In this document: positions 58,854-64,000 of the stretch, piece by piece
Numbering within the stretch: the stretch's first letter is position 1
How the letters are laid out: each line of letters starts with the position of its first letter
From: Octopus vulgaris
Lineage: Eukaryota
Assembly (NCBI GenBank): GCA_951406725.2
Contig: OX597841.1
Coordinates: forward strand, 15,562,001-15,626,000
Length of the DNA: 64,000 nt
Direction: 5' to 3'
Notes under the pieces: generated by a model
Database searches by the model: none
What the model saw: the letters and a program-made list of their open reading frames with translations, nothing else
What the model was told of the DNA's origin: nothing
Made by a program: the position numbers and the translations under genes

Positions 58854-59247
58854 CGCAGGAGTGGCTGTGTGGTAAGTAGCTTGCTAACCAACCACATGGT
58901 TTCGGGTTCAGTCCACTGCGTGGCATCTTGGGCAAGTGTCTTCTGCTATAGCCCCGGGCCGACCAATGCCTTATGAGTGGATTTGGTAGACGGAAACTGA
59001 AAGAAGCCTGTCGTATATATGTATGTGTGTGTGTGTGTTTGTGTGTCTGTGTTTATCCCCTCCCAACATCGCTTGACAACCGATGCTGGTGTGTTTACGT
59101 CCCCGTCACTTAGTGGTTCAGCAAAATAGACCGATAGAATAAGTACTGGGCTTACAAAGAATAAGTCCCGGGATCGATTTGCTCGACTAAAGGCGGTGCT
59201 CCAGCATGGCCGCAGTCAAATGACTGAAACAAGTAAAAGAGTAAAGA

Positions 59248-59248
<1 letters not shown>
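58852..59248 (+). mobile_element. SINE family A, full length, inserted in (TA)n
   Basis: Runs from ggcgcaggagtggctgtgtgg to aaacaagtaaaagagtaaagag. Confidence 0.9.
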
Positions 59249-59299
<51 letters not shown>

Positions 59300-59303
<4 letters not shown>

Positions 59304-59468
59304 TAATAAAATACATATGCATATAATTATATCAAAGGAGCAAGGGCGAAAGCGACCCGACTCCAACATGCTTCAAGTGTCGAGACCTTCAAGCATGCTG
59401 GAGATAGGTCGTTTTTCTTTCGCCCATGCTCCCTTAATATAATTACATACATATGTACATTATTATTA
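59300..59468. repeat. Imperfect ~170-bp foldback, MITE-like
   Basis: ggagcaagggcgaaag...ctccaacatgctt pairs with aagcatgctggag...ctttcgcccatgctcc, and the pairing extends into the AT-rich flanks. Confidence 0.75.
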
Positions 59469-59620
59469 ATTTAATGTATAAATTACCAATTAATTTTTAT
59501 AGCACGCTGACTGCTTGATAAAAATCATTAATGTAATTTTTACCCTTACATTCTATTACGAATTAATAAATATATATATATATATATGTAAATGCATATA
59601 TATATATATATATATATTCA

Positions 59621-59660
<40 letters not shown>

Positions 59661-59711
59661 GTGCAGGAAGAAATGGAGCTGAACGAAGATTTAACAAAAT
59701 TCCTTTATATT

Positions 59712-59798
59712 ATTTTCTACATATGTTTCGAAGGCTGCAAAGTTCCTAATTCGGATTGAATAAGGAGTCCATTTTGCAGCTTTCTCTTCAGTCGTAAC
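59712..59798 (-). ncRNA. Hammerhead core with long stem II, stem I lost
   Basis: Reverse complement CTGAAGA-gaaagctgcaaa...tttgcagccttc-GAAAC-atat-GTA. Confidence 0.55.
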
Positions 59799-59889
59799 TT
59801 CAACCGTGCTTTTTCTGTTGTGATTTTTGCTACCCAGGTATCGGTTATCATTTGAATTATCCGTAATAAGATAATTCATTTATCTACTT

Positions 59890-59966
<77 letters not shown>

Positions 59967-60189
59967 TGTATGTATGTATGTATGTATGTATGTATGTATG
60001 TATGTATATAAAAGAGTTATGGAATGGAGTAGATAAGATCTGGGCTATATATATTTCATACCGAGCGGCTCCTCAGAAGTGGAAAATATACCGCAGGATA
60101 CTCTTTGGGTCAAGGGTATCTTGATTAAATGAATGTTTAGCCCTAACCCTAACCCTAATTGTCGCAAGGGGGTACGTATTAACGTAGTC

Positions 60190-60650
60190 CTTGAGTGGTA
60201 CCTGTAAATTCAAAGACCAGCCTGTCACATTCTGTGTCACACTGAACCACCCTAAGAACTACGTTAAGGGAACTTGTGTCTGTGGTGTACTCAGCCACTT
60301 GCGCATTAATTCCATGAGCAAGCTGTACCGTTGACTGGATCAACAGGAAGCCTCGAAGTTGAGACCCGGAAACACTAATTAGTTAGTTAGTTAGTTATGT
60401 ATGTATATACGTATGTAGTGAAGTCACGTGGCTTAGCGCTTAGTGTATTTAACTCACGATCGCAGGGTCGTGGGTTCAATTCCCGGCGACGCGTTGTGTC
60501 CTTGAGCAAGACTCTTTATTTCACGTTGTTCCAGTCCACTGATCGGGCAAAAAGGAGTGGTACCAGTAATTCAAAGGGGCCCAACTTTATCATATTCTGT
60601 GTCACGCTGCATCTCCCTCCAAAGAACTACGTTAAGGGTAAACGTGTCAT
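60190..60650 (+). mobile_element. Two degenerate SINE family B pieces
   Basis: ctgtgtcac.ctg...agaactacgttaaggg occurs twice; head gtggcttagcg...gggttcaattccc. Confidence 0.7.
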
Positions 60651-61890
60651 CACCAATACCATAGCAACCCAATGGACACCAACACCATCCAGCAACTATT
60701 ATCTGTCTGATTAGTATTAGCGCCACTAAATCCATCTGGATAATCCTTCTGACATCACCACCACCACAAACCACCACCGCCTCCACCACCACCACCACCA
60801 TAGCCACCACCATCACCGCCACCATCACCACCACCAACACCAACACCATAACCACCGCTATCATTACGACCACTACTGCTGCCACTATCATCGCTACCAC
60901 CATCACCACTGCCACCATCACAACGACCATCACCCCACCACCATCACTACCAACCAACATCGCAGCCGCCATCAATATGATTTATCATTTCCAGTGGTCG
61001 TTGCACCTCCACCACCACCACGACCACCACCAACATCCCTTCCATCATTAACTAGTAACCGTGCCCCACCACCACCACCACCACCACCTTCCCGCTACCA
61101 TCACCGCTATCACCACCCTCTACTGGCACCTATAACACCAACCACCACCACCACCGCCGCCACCGCAACAAACACCATGACCACCACCACCAACACCAGT
61201 GCCACATCTAGTCAAACGGTGATCACCACCACTACTTCCTACAGCACCCCCTGTACTACAACCACTACTACTACCGCCACTACCAACAGCGCCACCGCCA
61301 CCGCCACCCGTCTCCGCCCCCGCAGCCCCTACATCTGCTGACGTTCAGCGTTGGGGAGATCATCAAAGCTTTAACCGCCACAAGCGAATTATCAATATTT
61401 CCTCAAAACAAACGTTTCTTATTTCAAATAGACAACCACCACCACTACCACAATCACCATCACCATCACAACAACCACCACCACCACCATCACCACGACT
61501 AACACCACCACCACCACCAACACCACCACCACCACCACCACCACCATCACCACCGCCATCACCACCACCACCACCAACACCAACACCACCAACACCACCA
61601 CCACCACAGCCGCCATCATTACCGCCAACACCATCACCTCCATAACGATCATCATCACCACCACCACCTCAACCACCACTTTCACCACTTCTGTCACCAC
61701 CACCAACAACAACAATAGCATCACCACCACCAACACAACCATCATCATGGTTTTGCTCATCATCCAGCATTCGATTCCAGACAGTGACTTTAATAATAAT
61801 AATAATAACAACAACAACAACAACAACAACAACAACTACAACATCAAAAAATACCTTAGGAATGAGAACCCAGGTGCGAAATTTCCCCAA

Positions 61891-61936
61891 GACACCTGAT
61901 GAAGGCTGGAGGGTATATCAGCCGAAATGTTGTGTT
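61891..61936 (+). ncRNA. Type I hammerhead ribozyme (one C-to-T change in stem III)
   Basis: gacac-CTGATGA-a-ggctg...cagcc-GAAA-t-GTT-gtgtt. Confidence 0.7.
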
Positions 61937-62245
61937 AACAACAAATAAGATGAGGACAAATATCCGTCAAATGTAAATAATGCAAATAAGAAAAGATGTT
62001 GCCAGATAATTGTCTATGATGCTCCCCCACTACTTCTGCTCGTGATCAGAGATGCACATATCGTCAGCCACTAAGGGACATGCTCAACTGGTTAAGGTCA
62101 AACAACTGACAAGCAAATCTGTGGTATTGAGCAGAATATTTGCTGTAGCCCATCTTTTATACCAAGACAAAACAATGTACATGATAACACTTCCAATCAG
62201 TTAAGATCAGAAGCCATGAGAGCCACTGCCTGGTACTGCATCAGG

Positions 62246-62361
<116 letters not shown>

Positions 62362-62630
62362 CATTATTATTATCATTATTTTTAAATGCATATTTTATCT
62401 GTGAATTTGCGCGTGTAATCTGGGAATGCATACAATGAGCTTCTCTGCCCTAGGTGTATGGAAAACACTCGGCGATTTGCTTGTCAGTTGTTTGACCTTG
62501 ACCAGTTGATTATGTCCCTTAGTGGCTGACGATATGTGCATCTCTGACCACGAGCAGAAGTAGTGGGGGACAATTATTTGGCAACATCTTTTCTTATTTA
62601 CAAATATTATTATTATCATTATTATTATTA

Positions 62631-62699
<69 letters not shown>

Positions 62700-62700
<1 letters not shown>

Positions 62701-63162
62701 GATTTTTTCCTTCTTTCTTCAAATTTTCTTCCGTTTCTCGCCGGGTGTTTTCCATACACCTAGTGCAGAGAAGCTCATTGTATGCATTCCCAGATTACAC
62801 ATGCAAATTCACAGGTAAAATATGTATTTAAAAATTAATAAATAAATAAATTCATGAATGGATGTTGTTTTCACAGCGATAGTGCTCTTGTCAGTACATG
62901 AGCCGTACCAGTTAATACGATTTTTTGCACTTCCTGTAGGGATGGTAAGCCTGGAATCATTTTCAAATAGGTTTCAGTACCTTTTTTCTTTATCATTCCT
63001 AGAGATCCTACAATCACTAGTACTGTAGTCGCCTTGAGATCCCACAATCATTCAATTTCCATTAGCAGGTCTTTATATTTACTAATCTTGTCAAATTCTT
63101 TCGCCGCTATATTGTGATCATAGGGAATACTCATGTCAATTAATAAACTCATCCTTTTTGTC

Positions 63163-63165
<3 letters not shown>
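62700..63165 (-). pseudogene. R4/Dong-clade LINE 3' relic plus 3' UTR
   Basis: LLIDMSIPYDHNIAAKEFDKISKYKDLLMEIE*LW...VIVGSLG...LQEVQKIVLTGTAHVL. Confidence 0.8.
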
Positions 63166-63203
<38 letters not shown>

Positions 63204-63836
63204 TCATTATTCAGGTTATTTGTATGAACAAATGGGAAATGATTTAGTTGACTTCGACCATTGAAAGCAAGTGCTCCAGAAAGGCCGCAGTCCAGTGACT
63301 GAAACAAGCAAAGGATAAAAGCTTAAAAAAGGTTTAAAGGATACCCGGTATTTGAATGATAGTAATAATACAAGACGTGGTGTGCACGGATGGATTGTCA
63401 ACAACACGAACGCAGACAACAGTTCCACGCGCATTTGCATCTCACCCCCCTCCACCGCCCTTCACCTTTAAGAGCCAACACCAGCATCTCCGCCCCCGAC
63501 ACACAATGGGGACGGTATTCCTGACGGATTGGACAAACCTACAATGATCTGTCATATATACCCGGGATGCGTGAGTCATCATGTAATGGGTGGATCTGGG
63601 GTAGGGGTATGGTGGTGGCGGGGGTCGGAGCGAGAGAGAGAGAGGAGGAGGAGGATGTGGGGAGGAGGTGGGTGTAACTGTGTCAGAGCGGATTACGATT
63701 TTTGTATGTATGTATGTGGATGTATGTGTGTGTGTGTATGTTTGTGTGTGTATGTATATATGTATGCTTGTATGAGTGTGTGTGTGTGTATATCCATGTA
63801 TGTATGTACGTATGTGTGTACGTGTGTGTGTATGTA

Positions 63837-63872
<36 letters not shown>

Positions 63873-64000
63873 TGTATGTATGTATGTATGTATGTATGTA
63901 TATATATATATATATATGTACGTATGTGTATATGTATTCATTTATGTACGTGTATGTGTATGTATGCATGTATGCATACGTGTGTCTATGTATATATGCG

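Noticed and set aside
60140-60158. Interstitial telomere (CCCTAA)3
   Set aside because: Only three units, which is common in transposon remnants.

Overview
Eukaryotic, AT-rich and extremely microsatellite-dense DNA. The repeat landscape looks like a coleoid cephalopod, most likely Octopus; this is an inference from recalled repeat families, not a database result. I found no credible host protein-coding exon. Almost all listed ORFs are translated (TA)n, (CA)n, (ATT)n, (ATC)n, (GGT)n or (AAG)n tracts. The real content is a mosaic of mobile-element remnants: three tRNA-derived SINE families, CR1-clade and R4/Dong-clade LINE fragments, a Penelope-like GIY-YIG fragment, two Tc1/mariner relics, a hAT MITE, a Helitron end and a ~106-bp minisatellite with dimeric higher-order structure. 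The most striking hidden structure is a dense set of type I hammerhead ribozyme motifs (CUGANGA-stem II-GAAA-short stem III-GUH, closed by stem I). About a dozen intact or degenerate loci occur in 64 kb. Two near-perfect palindromes (3936-4289 and 16825-16989) each carry back-to-back hammerheads on both strands, as expected for Penelope pLTR relics. Other notable signals are a covarying 3' stem-loop shared by a LINE and a SINE, a SINE carrying an internal microsatellite, interleaved inverted duplications, and unique islands rich in YY1/Pho, ETS, RFX and nuclear-receptor motifs. Overall this looks like a large intron or intergenic regulatory region.
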